Positions 36,313-47,619 of a stretch of DNA of 64,000 bases are shown in pieces. The stretch spans positions 148,838 to 212,837 of the forward strand of contig CAWIIS010000008.1 of NCBI GenBank assembly GCA_963836175.1. The letters are read 5' to 3'. A program made the position numbers and the translations under genes. Below the pieces are notes generated by a model, which was not told where the DNA came from, ran no database searches, and saw only the letters and a program-made list of their open reading frames with translations. The stretch is from Nitrospirota bacterium (GTDB lineage Bacteria; Nitrospirota; UBA9217). How positions within the stretch are numbered: the stretch's first letter is position 1; each line of letters opens with the position of its first letter.

Positions 36313-38674
36313 ATGAAGAGCGCGGCATCTGCTTCAGCATCCGGCACGGGTCTGAATCTGTCCGAGAACTGCCTTAAGGTTCTTGAGAAACGGTATCTTA
36401 AGCGGAACGAGGACGGGACCGTGGTCGAAACAGCCGTGGACATGTTCACGCGCGTGGCCAGGACCATTGCCGATGCCGACCGGGCCTACGGCAAGTCCGA
36501 TGCCGAGATCGAGCGGACCGCGGCCGAGTTCTACCGGCTCATGACCTCGCTGGAGTTCCTGCCGAACAGCCCGACGCTCATGAACGCGGGCCGCGAACTG
36601 GGCCAGCTCTCGGCCTGTTTTGTGCTGCCCGTGGGCGACTCCATGGAGGAGATCTTCGACTCCGTGAAGCAGGCGGCGCTGATCCACAAGTCCGGCGGCG
36701 GCACGGGCTTCTCCTTTTCGCGCATCCGCCCCAAGAACGACGTGGTCAAGTCCACCAAGGGCGTCTCCTCCGGCCCCATCTCGTTCATGACCGTGTTCGA
36801 CGCGGCCACGGAGACCGTGAAGCAGGGCGGCACGCGCCGCGGCGCCAACATGGGCATCCTGTCGGTGGACCATCCGGATATCCTCGATTTCGTCACCTGC
36901 AAGCAGCAGAACGACCGGCTGAATAACTTCAATATCTCCGTTGCCATGACCGACACCTTCATGGACGCCGTGGAGAAGGACGACGGACTACGACCTGGTC
37001 TCGCCCCGGAACCGCGACGTGGTGCGCACCCTGAGCGCCCGCCAGGTCTTCGACACGGTCGTGAACATGGCCTGGAAGAACGGCGACCCCGGCATCATCT
37101 TTATGGACCGCATCAACCAGTACAATCCCACGCCGCATATCGGCAAGATGGAGTCCACCAACCCCTGCGGCGAGCAGCCGCTGCTTCCCTACGAGTCCTG
37201 CAACCTGGCGTCGATCAACCTGGCGAAGATGCTGGCGCCGCACGGCAAGGCCGTGGATTTCGACAAACTGCGCCACACCGTGCAGCAGGGCGTCCATTTC
37301 CTCGACAACGTCATCGACGTGAACCGCTATCCCATCGACAAGATCGACAAGAATGACCCGCTCCAACCGCAAGATCGGCCTGGGCGTCATGGGCTTCGCC
37401 GACATGCTGCTCGAGATGGGCATTCCCTACAATTCCGAAGAGGCGGTGAAGCTCGGCGAGCAGGTCATGCAGTTCGTCACCGACGAAGGCCGGAAAATGA
37501 GCGAAGAGCTTGCACGGAGACCGCGGCCCCTTCCCGAACTTCAAGGGGAGCATCTACGACAAGCCCGGCATGGCGCCGGTGCGGAACGCCACGGTCACGA
37601 CCATCGCGCCCACCGGCACGCTGTCCATCATCGCCGGCTGCTCCAGCGGCATCGAACCGCTCTTCGCGCTTTCCTATATCCGCAGGGTCATGGACGGCGC
37701 CGAACTGATCGAAGTGAACCCCGTCTTCGAGCGGGTCGCCAAGGCGCGCGGCTTCCATTCCGACGCCCTTATGAAGGAGATCGCCGAGCACGGCGGCTGC
37801 ACCGGCATCAAGACCGTGCCCGAGGACGTGCAGCGCGTGTTCGTCACGTCCCACGATATCACCCCCGAGTGGCATATCCGCATGCAGGCCGCGTTCCAGA
37901 AATACACGGACAACGCCGTGTCCAAGACCGTGAACTTCCCGCACAGCGCGACCCAGGACGATGTGAAAAAGGTCTACATGATGGCCTACAAGCTGGGCTG
38001 CAAGGGCGTGACCATCTACCGCGACGGTTCGCGCGACGAGCAGGTGCTCTCCACCGGCGCCACGGACAAGGCACGCAAGGCGGCAGCCGCTGCCGGCCCA
38101 TCCGGTCACGGTCGCCTCCGCCTCGCCGGAACTTGCCGAGGAGAAGAAGCCGCGACACCGGCCGGCCCTTACCCAGGGCGTTACGCAGAAGCTTCCCACG
38201 GGCTGCGGCAACCTCTATATCACGATCAACGAGGACGAAGAGGGCATTTGCGAGGTCTTCTCGACCATGGGCAAGTCCGGCGGGTGCGCCGCCAGCCAGT
38301 CCGAGGCGGTCTCCCGCATGGTATCGCTGGCCCTCCGGTCCGGCGTGTCCATCGATTCGATCATCAAGCAGGTGAAGGGCATTCGCTGTCCGTCGCCGGC
38401 CTGGGTCGAGGGCGGCTCCATCCTGTCCTGCCCCGATGCCATCGGCCGGGCCCTGGAGCGCTACACCAAGGACGCCGGCCAGCAGGCATATGCCGAAGCC
38501 CAAGGCCGCGACCCAGCAGAACGTGGGCTATGCGTCTACGGACTGCGGCGCGGGAGCAGGGACGGCAAGAACCATCTCGGCATCTGCCCGGAGTGCCCGG
38601 ACTGCGGCGGGCTTCTGGAGTTCGGCGAGGGCTGCGCTTTTTGCCGCGGCTGCGGGTTCTCCAAGTGCGGGTAG
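36313..38674 (+). CDS. nrdJ: Class II (adenosylcobalamin-dependent) ribonucleotide reductase, at least 4 frame breaks
   Basis: [69 protein letters not shown], and a C-terminal Zn ribbon CPECPDCGG...[13 protein letters not shown]. Pieces are in ORFs 36313.., 37019.., 37353.., 37510.., 38267... Confidence 0.85.
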
Positions 38675-38781
38675 CATCGTACTGCGGAATACAAGATACA
38701 TTCACAATAATGGTCCGGAGGCACTGTTGAACGATCTCTCCCGGTATCGCAGTTTGAAAAGACCATATGCATCGACACCAG

Positions 38782-38809
38782 CCGGGAGGGTTTTCTCCCG
38801 GTTTTTTTT
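38782..38809 (+). terminator. Rho-independent terminator after nrdJ
   Basis: CCGGGAG-GGTTTT-CTCCCGG followed by T8. Confidence 0.75.
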
Positions 38810-38863
38810 CACATAGCCCGGCCGGGAAATTGCTTTAACTTGTTGTATGTAAAGGAGATATAC

Positions 38864-39055
38864 ATGAAACTCGATGATGTGATCCTGGAACTGTACCGCC
38901 TGGCCGAAACCAGGGAATGGGACGGCGCAGTCACCGATGAGGCGCTCTTCTCCGCCATCGAGGGGATGGAGCAGATATGGGAAGTGCACCAGGCGGACAA
39001 GATGAAGAACGCCATGGTCATGGCGAACAAAAAACAGCCGAGGCTGTGGTCGTAG
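38864..39055 (+). CDS. Small hypothetical protein (63 aa)
   Basis: AAGGAG RBS 7 nt upstream. No motif recognised. Confidence 0.4.
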   Translation: MKLDDVILELYRLAETREWDGAVTDEALFSAIEGMEQIWEVHQADKMKNAMVMANKKQPRLWS

Positions 39056-39246
39056 GCGCATAAAGACCGCTTAAAAACGACATATTTCTTGACATTTTAT
39101 AAATATGATTCTAAAGTAACATTAAGCGCAAACTGCATGAACGCGCGGTTCTCCGAGTATTCTCATATTCTCACGAAGCTATCGTCATTGATCAGTGACC
39201 ACACCCGCCTCGGCGGGTCATCAGCTTACCAAGGAGGAGAATGCGA

Positions 39247-39622
39247 ATGGGCATCGAAAAGATTATGCAGTATGAGTGCAGGGTCTGCGGCAGAAGGATA
39301 GATGTAACGAGGACCGGCGACGTGTATCGAGGAGCCGATATACTGCTGCGGCATGGAGGCCGCCAGCGTGAAGGCGCCTGAGCAGTATGGTATTCCGGTT
39401 GCAGCACCGAAGCCTGCCATGAAGAAACCAGCGAAAAAGGCTGCAAAGAAGCCGGCAAAAAAGAAGGCAGCAAAGAAGGCTGCAAAGAAAGCGGCAAAAA
39501 AACCTGCCAAGAAAAAAGCAGCGAAAAAAGCTGCAAAAAAAGCCGTGAAGAAAGCGGTGAAGAAAAAGGCCGCGAAGAAAGCCGTGAAAAAAGCCTCGAA
39601 AAAGGCGAAGAAAAAAAGATAA
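39247..39622 (+). CDS. Desulforedoxin-like Cys4 domain fused to a histone-H1-like Lys/Ala-rich tail (frame break near 39315-39325)
   Basis: AGGAGG RBS. YECRVCGRRIDVTRTGD ... EEPIYCCGMEA gives a CxxC...CC pattern like the desulforedoxin/Dfx N-domain. This is followed by AKKPAKKKAAKKAAKKAAKKPAKKKAAKK... to the stop. Confidence 0.55.
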
Positions 39623-39939
39623 CCCTGATTTCGATCTTCGAAGGGCCCTGGAGATGATTCCGGGGCCTTTTTTATGTGCGAGGTCAATGATCTTGAAAAG
39701 GCATTTGGACGCGGATACCAGAAGTAGGCGCTTCTAAGCGAGATCGGATGAACGCGGATAAGGCAAGTCCATAAAGGATAAAACTTTTTTGCTGTAAAAA
39801 GGATCGACCCTTGTGGTGGAAGTTGTTCCACCTCAATATCCGGTTTTATCTGCGAAAATCCGCGTTTATCTGCGGCCAAAGGCCGTTTATTTAGGATAAA
39901 TATATTGACTTATTGACCGCCACTCCGTAGGATTTAGCC

Positions 39940-40749
39940 ATGGGCAAGACTGATTACCGAGAACGCCGCATCCGGAAGCTTGTCGGCCGTGCCATCGGCG
40001 ATTTCGGGATGATACAGAACCACGACCGGATACTCGTTGCACTGTCGGGCGGCAAGGACAGCTGGACCCTGCTGCGCGTCCTTACGCGGCTTCAGGATCG
40101 GGCGCCGATCAGTTTTTCGCTTGTTGCGGTCACGGTCCATCCCGGATTCCCGGGATTCCAGACCGGCCTCATCGAGGCCTATCTCCAGGAGCAGGGGTAC
40201 GACTACCGGATCGTACACGCGCCGGTCCACGAACTGATGCTCGAAAAACTGGGGCCTGACGATACCCCCTGTTCGCTCTGCGCCCGCATCAAGCGCGGCG
40301 TGCTCTACACCCAGGCCCGGGAGCTTGGCTGCACCAGGATCGCCCTGGGGCATCACCGCGAGGATTTTATCGAGACGCTGCTGCTGAACCAGTTCTACAA
40401 CGGCAAAATTAAGGCCATGTCGCCGCTGCTCACCGCAGACGACGGCCGTAATATCGTGATCCGACCGCTGGTGTACGTGCCCGAGGATGAGATCATCCGC
40501 TACGCCTCAGAGGCGGGTTTTCCCATTACCTGCTGCGCCTGCCCCGCCTGCGGCGACCAGGGCCTGAAGCGTTCGAAGATCAAGCATTTTCTCTCGATCC
40601 TGGAGCAGGAGCAGCCCGGGATCAAGGCCAGCCTCCTGGCTGCGCTCGGCAACGTCGAACAGCGGCACCTGCTCTCCAGGGAGTCGCTGCCGGACGCGGC
40701 ATTGCGTGCTTCTCCCTGCGGCAATGCAGACTGTGGTCGGCCGGTGTAA
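39940..40749 (+). CDS. ttcA: tRNA 2-thiocytidine(32) synthetase (PP-loop ATPase)
   Basis: LVALSGGKDS PP-loop, CSLCARIKRG, LGHHREDFIET, CCACPACG. Confidence 0.8.
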   Translation: MGKTDYRERRIRKLVGRAIGDFGMIQNHDRILVALSGGKDSWTLLRVLTRLQDRAPISFSLVAVTVHPGFPGFQTGLIEAYLQEQGYDYRIVHAPVHELMLEKLGPDDTPCSLCARIKRGVLYTQARELGCTRIALGHHREDFIETLLLNQFYNGKIKAMSPLLTADDGRNIVIRPLVYVPEDEIIRYASEAGFPITCCACPACGDQGLKRSKIKHFLSILEQEQPGIKASLLAALGNVEQRHLLSRESLPDAALRASPCGNADCGRPV

Positions 40750-40835
40750 AAGATTGACATCCCCTGCATCCATAGCTTATAATCGCATAATATTATTTGT
40801 TAAACACCTGAAATAGTGTGAAATGAGGGCCGCCC

Positions 40836-41519
40836 GTGGCTGAAAAGAAAAAGCTTGGTGAATTTCTGAAGGAAGCCGGCCTGATCGATGACTTTCAGCT
40901 CCAGACTGCGCTGTCGCACCAGCGAAATTGGGGCGGAAAGCTGGGGTCCATCCTCGTTGAAATGGAATTTGTCCGCGAAGAGGAACTTGCCAGGGTGATC
41001 GCGGAAAAAATGGGCATCCCCTATGTGAATCTGTTCGAACCTGAACTTCCCGCGGCATCGATCATGCTCATCAAGGCCGATGTGGCAAAAAAATACGCGG
41101 TCATGCCGGTAAGGAAAGAGGGGAACTCGATCGTGATCGCCATGTCCGACCCGCTGGATATGGAGGCCATCGACGACCTCAGGTTCAGCACGGGCCTTGT
41201 GGTCAAGCCGGCGCTGGCGCTGGAGTCAGAGATCAAAGACGCCATCAGGAAATATTACGACGGCGAAGAAGTGGTCCGGAAACCGAAGGCGGTCCCGGTC
41301 GACAAACCGGGCAAGATGGAGATCATTTTCGGCAGCGATCTGATGTCGGTCAGCGGCGAGGCGCAGGTTGCGGCGATTGCCCAGGACGAGATTTCCCGCA
41401 AGGGGTCGCAGGAGGACCGTCTCCGCCTCGATGCGCTTATCACCCTGTTGATCGAAAAAAACGTCATTAACCGCGAGGACCTGGTCAAGATGATCTATCA
41501 AAAGAAAATCGGGTTGTAG
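40836..41519 (+). CDS. GspE/MshE N-terminal (T2SSE_N) domain protein
   Basis: LGEFLKEAGLIDDFQLQTALSHQ...GKLGSILVEMEFVREEELARVIAEKMGIPYVNL...VKKYAVMPV...IVIAMSDPLDMEAIDDLRF. Confidence 0.7.
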   Translation: MAEKKKLGEFLKEAGLIDDFQLQTALSHQRNWGGKLGSILVEMEFVREEELARVIAEKMGIPYVNLFEPELPAASIMLIKADVAKKYAVMPVRKEGNSIVIAMSDPLDMEAIDDLRFSTGLVVKPALALESEIKDAIRKYYDGEEVVRKPKAVPVDKPGKMEIIFGSDLMSVSGEAQVAAIAQDEISRKGSQEDRLRLDALITLLIEKNVINREDLVKMIYQKKIGL

Positions 41520-41537
41520 GGTTCAGGAAAGGCGTGC

Positions 41538-41951
41538 ATGAAGACCTACCGGGATTTTATCAGGATAACGACGTCGGAAAAACGGGAGATTCGCGATATC
41601 ACCCGGGAAGTGTCCCAGATCATTGCGAAGAGCGGTGTGCAGGACGGAATGGTCCTGCTGTTCCCGCACCACACGAGCGCATCGGTTTACGTGAGCGACT
41701 CGGACGCAACGCTGACCGAGGACTTCATGGGGCTCATGGAGAGGATCGTCCCGGCCGGCGAGTACAAGCATGACCTTGCCGATGCGAAGCAGAACGGCCG
41801 GGCGCATCTCATGTCGCTCCTGTCCGGTCATAACGTGACGCTTCCGGTGACCGAGGGGGCGCTGGACCTGGGCGTGTACCAGACGGTGTATTATGCGGAG
41901 TTCGATGGCATGCGGGAAAAGGAAATTCTGGTCAAGGTCATGGGCGAGTAA
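41538..41951 (+). CDS. yjbQ: YjbQ/UPF0047 family (secondary thiamine-phosphate synthase-like)
   Basis: ITREV...GMVLLFPHHTSASV...NGRAHLMSLLSGHNVTLPVTEGALDLGVYQTVYYAEFDG. Confidence 0.8.
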   Translation: MKTYRDFIRITTSEKREIRDITREVSQIIAKSGVQDGMVLLFPHHTSASVYVSDSDATLTEDFMGLMERIVPAGEYKHDLADAKQNGRAHLMSLLSGHNVTLPVTEGALDLGVYQTVYYAEFDGMREKEILVKVMGE

Positions 41952-42050
41952 TGCCGGCAAGCCGGCACAACGGCGAATGAAAACCCCTCACCCTCCCCTC
42001 GGGGGAGAGGACAAAAGGTGAGGGAGATTTACGGGAAAAGGAGTAGTGCA

Positions 42051-42461
42051 ATGAAACAGCATATACGTGCGATCATGCTCATGACAGTGGCGGCGTGTTT
42101 TTTCTGCCAGCCGCTTCCGGCCCAGGAGCAGAAGGGGCCCCAGATCGAGCTCAAGGAGGCGACCTACGATTTCGGCAAGGTTGTCGAGGGGGCCAAACTG
42201 CAGCATGTGTTCGTGGTGGGGAACACCGGAGATGCCGCGCTCGATATCCAGCAGATTCAGTCTACCTGAGGGTGCACCGCCGCGGTGATTAGTTCTAATC
42301 ACCTTGAACCGGGAGCTCTCGGACGCATTCAGGCAACGGTGGACACCGCCGGCAGGAGCGGTCGCCTGGTTAAGAAAATATCGATCTACTCGAATGACCA
42401 AAGAAATCCGGTACGGACGATCATCATGACCATGAACATCATCCCAAAACCCCTGCCGTAG
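42051..42461 (+). CDS. DUF1573-type secreted protein with in-frame UGA replacing the first Cys of the conserved CGC motif; selenoprotein candidate
   Basis: AAAGGAG RBS plus signal peptide. YDFGKVVEGAKLQHVFVVGNTGDAALDIQQIQST-TGA(42267..42269)-GCTAAV...LEPGALGRIQATVDTAGRSGRLVKKISIYSND continues in the same frame to TAG 42459..42461. Confidence 0.65.
42284..42303 (+). promoter_or_regulatory. Candidate SECIS hairpin
   Basis: Perfect 8-bp stem GGUGAUUA / UAAUCACC with loop GUUC, starting 14 nt after the UGA. Confidence 0.5.
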
Positions 42462-42813
42462 GAATGCGCGGCAAGGACGGCAGGGCGTTCGATTTTTCGC
42501 GTGATTTCCCCCACCCGGCCCCCAGGGGGGCCGGGTTCTATCCGTATTATTTCCTTGACAATTTTCAGCCCCCTGTGCTAATTTCATAGGGCTTTTTGAC
42601 CCAAGTGATCAAAGGAAAGGTAGTTCGACTTGAAACAGCACAGACATCCGCACTATCCCAGCGACACGCCAACCCCGGGCATAGGTCCCGTCCCGGCGGG
42701 ACGGTGACTTCTTCGTTGTGACAGAAAACCCTTTGTGTTTCAGCGCTTGTGTACGATAATACAAAAATTCAAAGCATAATTGCTATTTAGCCGTAAGAAT
42801 TGGAGGAATTCCC

Positions 42814-43952
42814 ATGCAGAAAAAATATCTCCTTGCCCCTGGACCGACACCAGTGCCGCCTGAGGCGCTTCTGGCCATGGCCATGCCGATCATCCATCAC
42901 CGGGCGCCTGACTTTCTGCCCGTGCTCGAATCAGCGAAAAAGGGCCTTCAGTGGCTCTATCAGACCAAGAACGACGTGCTGATCCTCTGCTCCACCGGCA
43001 CCGGCGGCATGGACGGCGCGGTGTCAAATTTCCTGAGCCCCGGCGACGACGTACTCGTGATGAACGGCGGTAAGTTCGGCGAACGCTGGACCAAGATCTG
43101 CCAGGCCTACGGCATGAAGGTGGAAGAGGTCATGGTGGAATGGGGATACGCGGTAAAGCCGGAGCAGGTCGAGGCGAGCGCTCAAGAAGAACCCGAAGAT
43201 CAAGGCCGTGTTCGTCCAGGCGAACGAGACCTCCACCGGCGTGTACCACGACATCAAGTCGATCGCCGCAGTCGTCAAGAAGACCGATGCGCTCTTTGTG
43301 GTCGATGCCATCTCGGCGCTGGTGGCCCATGACATCAAGACCGACGAGTGGGGTATTGACGTCATGATCGGCGGCTCCCAGAAGGGCGTGATGCTGCCCC
43401 CGGGGCTTGCCTTCGTATCCGTCAGCGACAAGGCCTGGAAGATGGCCGATACGGCGAAGACGCCGAAATTCTATTTCAACTTCAAGAAAGAGCGCGAGAA
43501 CCTGGCCAAGAACCAGACGCTCTTTACCTCTCCCGTGACGCTCATCATCGGCCTGAACGCCGCTATTAAAATGCTTCAGGACGAGGGTCTCGAGAACGTG
43601 TTCAAGCGCCACGAAAAGCTCGCCCAGGCGACTCGCGCAGGGGCCTTGGCGCTCGGGCCTCAAGCTCTTTCCCAAGGAAAGTCCGAGCAATGCGCTCACG
43701 GCCATCGAAGCGCCGGCTGGCGTGGACGGCCAGGCGATCTACAAGGACCTGCGCGTGAAGTACGGCATCACCGGCGCAGGCGGCCAGGACAAGCTCAAGG
43801 GCAAGATCTTCCGCATCGCGCACCTGGGCTATGCCGACACTTTTGACGTGATCACGGCGATCGCCGGCATCGAGATGGTGCTGAAGGGCCTGGGCCATCC
43901 GGTGAAGCTCGGCACGGGCGTGGGCGCGGCGCAGGAAATATTGATGAAGTAA
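42814..43952 (+). CDS. Class V aminotransferase (serine-glyoxylate / phosphoserine aminotransferase type), 2-3 frame breaks
   Basis: LLAPGPTPVP start and GGSQKGVMLPPGLAF (PLP lysine). Lies upstream of serA. Pieces are in ORFs 42814.., 43208.., 43722... Confidence 0.75.
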
Positions 43953-44039
43953 CCACCCCCTTTGCCCCCAAGTCCGTAAATTAGGAGGTGGGTAGGACGG
44001 GTTACCTGTCTTTCGTGGATTCTATTTTTGGAGGGTTCC

Positions 44040-45620
44040 ATGAAGGTTCTGATCAGCGACAACCTCTCCCCTATCGGGGTGGAGATATTAAAGAAGGCCG
44101 GGCTCGAAGTCGATGCCCGGAGCAAGACCTCGGTCGAGGAGATCGAGAAGATCATCGGCGATTACGACGCGCTGGTCATCCGTTCCGCCACCAAGGTGAA
44201 CGGCAGCGCTGCTTGAGAAGGCCGCGAAGCTCAAGGTCGTGGGCCGCGCGGGAAGCGGCCTCGACAACGTGGACATCCCGGCCGCCACCAAGAAGGGCGT
44301 GGTCGTGATGAACACGCCCGGCGGCAACACGGTCACCACGGCGGAGCACACCATCGGCATGATCTTCGCCTGCGCCCGCATGATCCCCCAGGCGTACTCT
44401 TCGCTCAAGGCAGGCAAGTGGGAGAAGAAGAAGTTCGAGGGCATCGAGCTCTACGCCAAGACCCTGGGCATCATCGGCATGGGCGCCATCGGCGGCGTGG
44501 TCGCGAACCGCGCCATCGGGCTCGGCATGAAGGTCCTGGCCTACGATCCGTTCATCTCGACCGGAGAAGGCGAAATCCCTCGGCATCGAACTGGCCGATC
44601 TGCCCACGATCTACAAACGGTCGGATTTCATCACGGTCCATACGCCGAAGACCAAGGAAACGGCGAACCTGATCAACAAGGACACCATCAGCCAGATGAA
44701 GGACGGCGTGCGCATCATCAACTGCGCCCGCGGCGGCATCGTGAACGAGACGGACCTCTATGAAGCGATGAAGAGCGGCAAGGTCGGCGGGGCCGCCTTT
44801 GACGTGTTCGAGAAGGAGCCGCCGGAGAACCATCCGCTGCTCACCCTCGACAACTTCATCGCAACGCCGCACCTGGGCGCGTCCACCCTGGAGGCACAGG
44901 AGAACGTGGCCGTGGCAGTGGCCGAGCAGATCGTGGATTACCTCATTGCCGGGACCGTCCGGAACGCCGTCAACGTGCCGTCCGTGCCCGCGGACCAGCT
45001 GCCCGACGCTCAGCCCCTACATCAACCTTGCGGAGCGCATGGGCCTGTTCCAGGCGCAGCTCTGCGAAGGCGGCCTCACCCAGGTAACGGTCGAGTACAG
45101 CGGCGAGGTGGCGAACCTCAAACAGGAGCCGATCACGCTGGCGGCGCTCAAGGGCCTGCTGACGCCGATCCTGAACGAGAACGTGAACTATGTGAACGCG
45201 CCGCTCATTGCCAAGGACCGCGGCATCGAGATCAAGGTTTCCAAATCAGTGGACACCACCGAATATACGAGCCTCATCACGATCAAGGTCAAGGCAGGCG
45301 GCAAGGACCTGTCCGTTGCCGGCACGCTGAACAGCAAGAAAGAGCCCCGCATCATCCAGGTGGACAACTTCCCCATGGAGACCGTGCCCGAGGGCGACAT
45401 GCTCGTGCTCATGAACAACGACAAGCCCGGCGTCATCGGCGGCATCGGCACGATCCTGGGACAGAACGGGATCAACATCGCCCGCATGCAGTTCGGCCGC
45501 GAGAAGCAGGGCGGTCTGGCCATGTCGGTCGTGAGCATCGACGGCACCGTGGCCGATGAGCTCATGGCAAAGATCAGGCAGATGCCGAACGTGCTGTCGG
45601 TGAAGCAGGTCAAGATATAG
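44040..45620 (+). CDS. serA: D-3-phosphoglycerate dehydrogenase with C-terminal ACT domain, about 4 frame breaks
   Basis: [24 protein letters not shown]..., [13 protein letters not shown] motif, [18 protein letters not shown], and an ACT-like tail ending in ...[10 protein letters not shown]. Confidence 0.85.
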
Positions 45621-45660
45621 ACGCGGAATGAGTGCAGCGATGTTTGCTGAAGGAGTCACC

Positions 45661-46968
45661 ATGCCAGTATTAGTCGTAGTCGGGTGCCCAGTGGGGCGAT
45701 GAAGGCAAAGGGAAGATCATTGACCTGCTCACGGAGCGGGCGGACGTGGTCGCGCGGTACCAGGGCGGCCATAATGCCGGCCATACCGTGGTGGTGGGCA
45801 AGAACGAGTTCATCCTGCACCTGGTCCCCTCGGGGATCCTGCATAAAGGCAAGAAGTGCATCATCGGGAACGGCGTGGTCGTGGACCCTGCGGCGCTCCT
45901 CGAAGAGATGGATGCCATGGCCAAGCGGGGCATCAAATTCGACCACAGCCTGCTCATCAGCAGGAACGCCCACCTCATCATGCCGTACCACAAGGCCCTC
46001 GATGTGGCGAGCGAAGCGCTGAAGGGGAACAAGAAGATCGGCACGACCGGCCGGGGCATCGGTCCCGCTTATGCGGACAAGATCAACCGCAAGGGCATCC
46101 GGATGGCCGATCTCCTGGACGAAAAGACCTTTCGCGAAAAGCTGTCCGTGCAATACCAGCGAGGCGAACTTCATGCTCGAGCGTTTCTATAACGCGCCGC
46201 TGGTGAATCAGGACCAGGTCTATGACGAGTACCGGGGCTACGCCAGGAGGCTCAAAAAATACATCGCCGATACCACGCTGTTTCTGAGCGACGCCATCGC
46301 CGGGAAAAAGAAGATCCTGGCCGAAGGCGCCCAGGGAACGCATCTTGACGTGGACCACGGGACCTATCCCTATCGTGACCTCGTCGAGCCCCACGGCCGG
46401 CGGCGCCTGCACCGGCCTCGGCATCGGGCCGAACACGATCACCGAGGTCCTGGGCATCGTCAAGGCCTACACCACGCGCGTCGGCAGCGGCCCCTTTCCC
46501 ACGGAGCTGAATGATAAGACCGGCGAACTGCTGCGGCTGCGCGGCAAGGAGTACGGGGCGACAACGGGCAGGGCGCGGCGGTGCGGATGGGCCGATACGC
46601 TCGTTGTCCGGCATGCAGTGCGGGTGAACGGCATGACGAGCGCGGCCATCACCAAGCTGGACGTGCTCGATACGCTTGATGAACTCAAGATCTGCGTGGG
46701 CTATAAACACAAGGGGAAGCTGTACGAGGAAATGCCGTCGGAGCTTGCGGTGCTCGAGCAGGGCGTTCCGCAGTACATCACCATGCCCGGCTGGAAGCAG
46801 ACGACGGTCGGCATCAAAAAATACGAAGACCTGCCGAAAAAGGCCCGGTCCTACGTGGAAAAGCTTTGCAAACTCTGCGGCGTCAAGCCGTCCATCATAT
46901 CGACGGGCCCGCGACGAGACGAGACCATCATTCTCGAGCGGCCTTTCCAGACGGCTAAAAAGCGGTAA
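45661..46968 (+). CDS. purA: Adenylosuccinate synthetase, about 4 frame breaks
   Basis: MPVLVVVG then (extra G in GTCGGGT) [62 protein letters not shown]. Confidence 0.85.
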
Positions 46969-47031
46969 CATAATATTTTCCCGGCAGGTGGTCGCTTCCG
47001 GACCAGTTTCCCAGTTGAATCTTGTTTTTTG

Positions 47032-47061
47032 TTGACAACTACCCGCATTCTTTGCTAATAT
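47032..47061 (+). promoter_or_regulatory. Sigma-70-type promoter for the tRNA pair
   Basis: TTGACA (47032-37), 18 nt, TAATAT (47056-61). It lies about 24 nt upstream of tRNA-Lys. Confidence 0.5.
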
Positions 47062-47084
47062 ACGCCTCTTCCATCGAGGTTGAT

Positions 47085-47160
47085 GGGCCGGTAGCTCAGT
47101 TGGTAGAGCACCGCCCTTTTAAGGCGGGTGTCCTGGGTTCGAGTCCCAGCCGGCTCACCA
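47085..47160 (+). tRNA. tRNA-Lys (anticodon UUU), CCA encoded
   Basis: Cloverleaf folded by hand: acceptor GGGCCGG/CCGGCUC, anticodon stem CCGCC/GGCGG, loop CUUUUAA, T-arm CUGGG-UUCGAGU-CCCAG. Confidence 0.9.
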
Positions 47161-47164
47161 GTTT

Positions 47165-47255
47165 TTTAATTGCGGATTGCAGATTGCGGATTTCGGATTA
47201 TAGAGAAAAGGCAGTATTATAAATCCGCAATCCGAAATCCACAATCCGAAATACA
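47165..47255. repeat. Imperfect hairpin made of GCGGATT-type heptamers between the two tRNAs
   Basis: Arms are ATTGCGGATTGCAGATTGCGGATTTCGGATT and AATCCGCAATCCGAAATCCACAATCCGAAAT, around an AT-rich loop. Confidence 0.6.
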
Positions 47256-47257
47256 AT

Positions 47258-47335
47258 GTCCCCATCGTCTAGTCCGGCCCAGGACACCGCCCTTTCACGG
47301 CGATAACGCGGGTTCGAATCCCGCTGGGGACGCCA
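47258..47335 (+). tRNA. tRNA-Glu (anticodon UUC), CCA encoded
   Basis: GTCCCCATCGTCTAGTCCGGCCCAGGACACCGCCCTTTCACGGCG...GGTTCGAATCCCGCTGGGGACGCCA. Close to the canonical bacterial tRNA-Glu. Confidence 0.9.
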
Positions 47336-47619
47336 TTTAAACTTTAAGAATCAGCGCACTTAACTGCATGATTCTTATTTTTTTTACACAAATGGTACAC
47401 AGAATCGGGATGCAGCGCATTTCGATTTTCATGCTCTCCCTCCGTTTTCCCACGCCAAATGAAGAAAGCGCTCAGTTTGGTTTCGGTTCGAACTGAAGAA
47501 TAAGCACCTTTCTACTTTTTTTTCACCGAGTCCATTTTGTGAACCGATTTACGAGAAGCATGGTGGTAATCTTCTATCGACTTTTTCCATCCTGAGTCTC
47601 TATTTATCATCGTTTTAGA

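Noticed and set aside
39226-39879. 217-aa minus-strand ORF with FFAAFF repeats
   Set aside because: It is the antisense reading of the (AKKA)n tail of the plus-strand gene. The plus-strand gene has an RBS and a Cys4 domain.
42555-42720. Possible small RNA (TTGACA-N18-TAATTT promoter, about 130-nt GC-rich transcript, GTCCCG…CGGGAC hairpin) upstream of the aminotransferase gene
   Set aside because: The hairpin lacks a convincing U-tract. I recognise no known RNA family (not SRP, 6S, tmRNA, RNase P or an obvious riboswitch core). It may simply be the mRNA leader.
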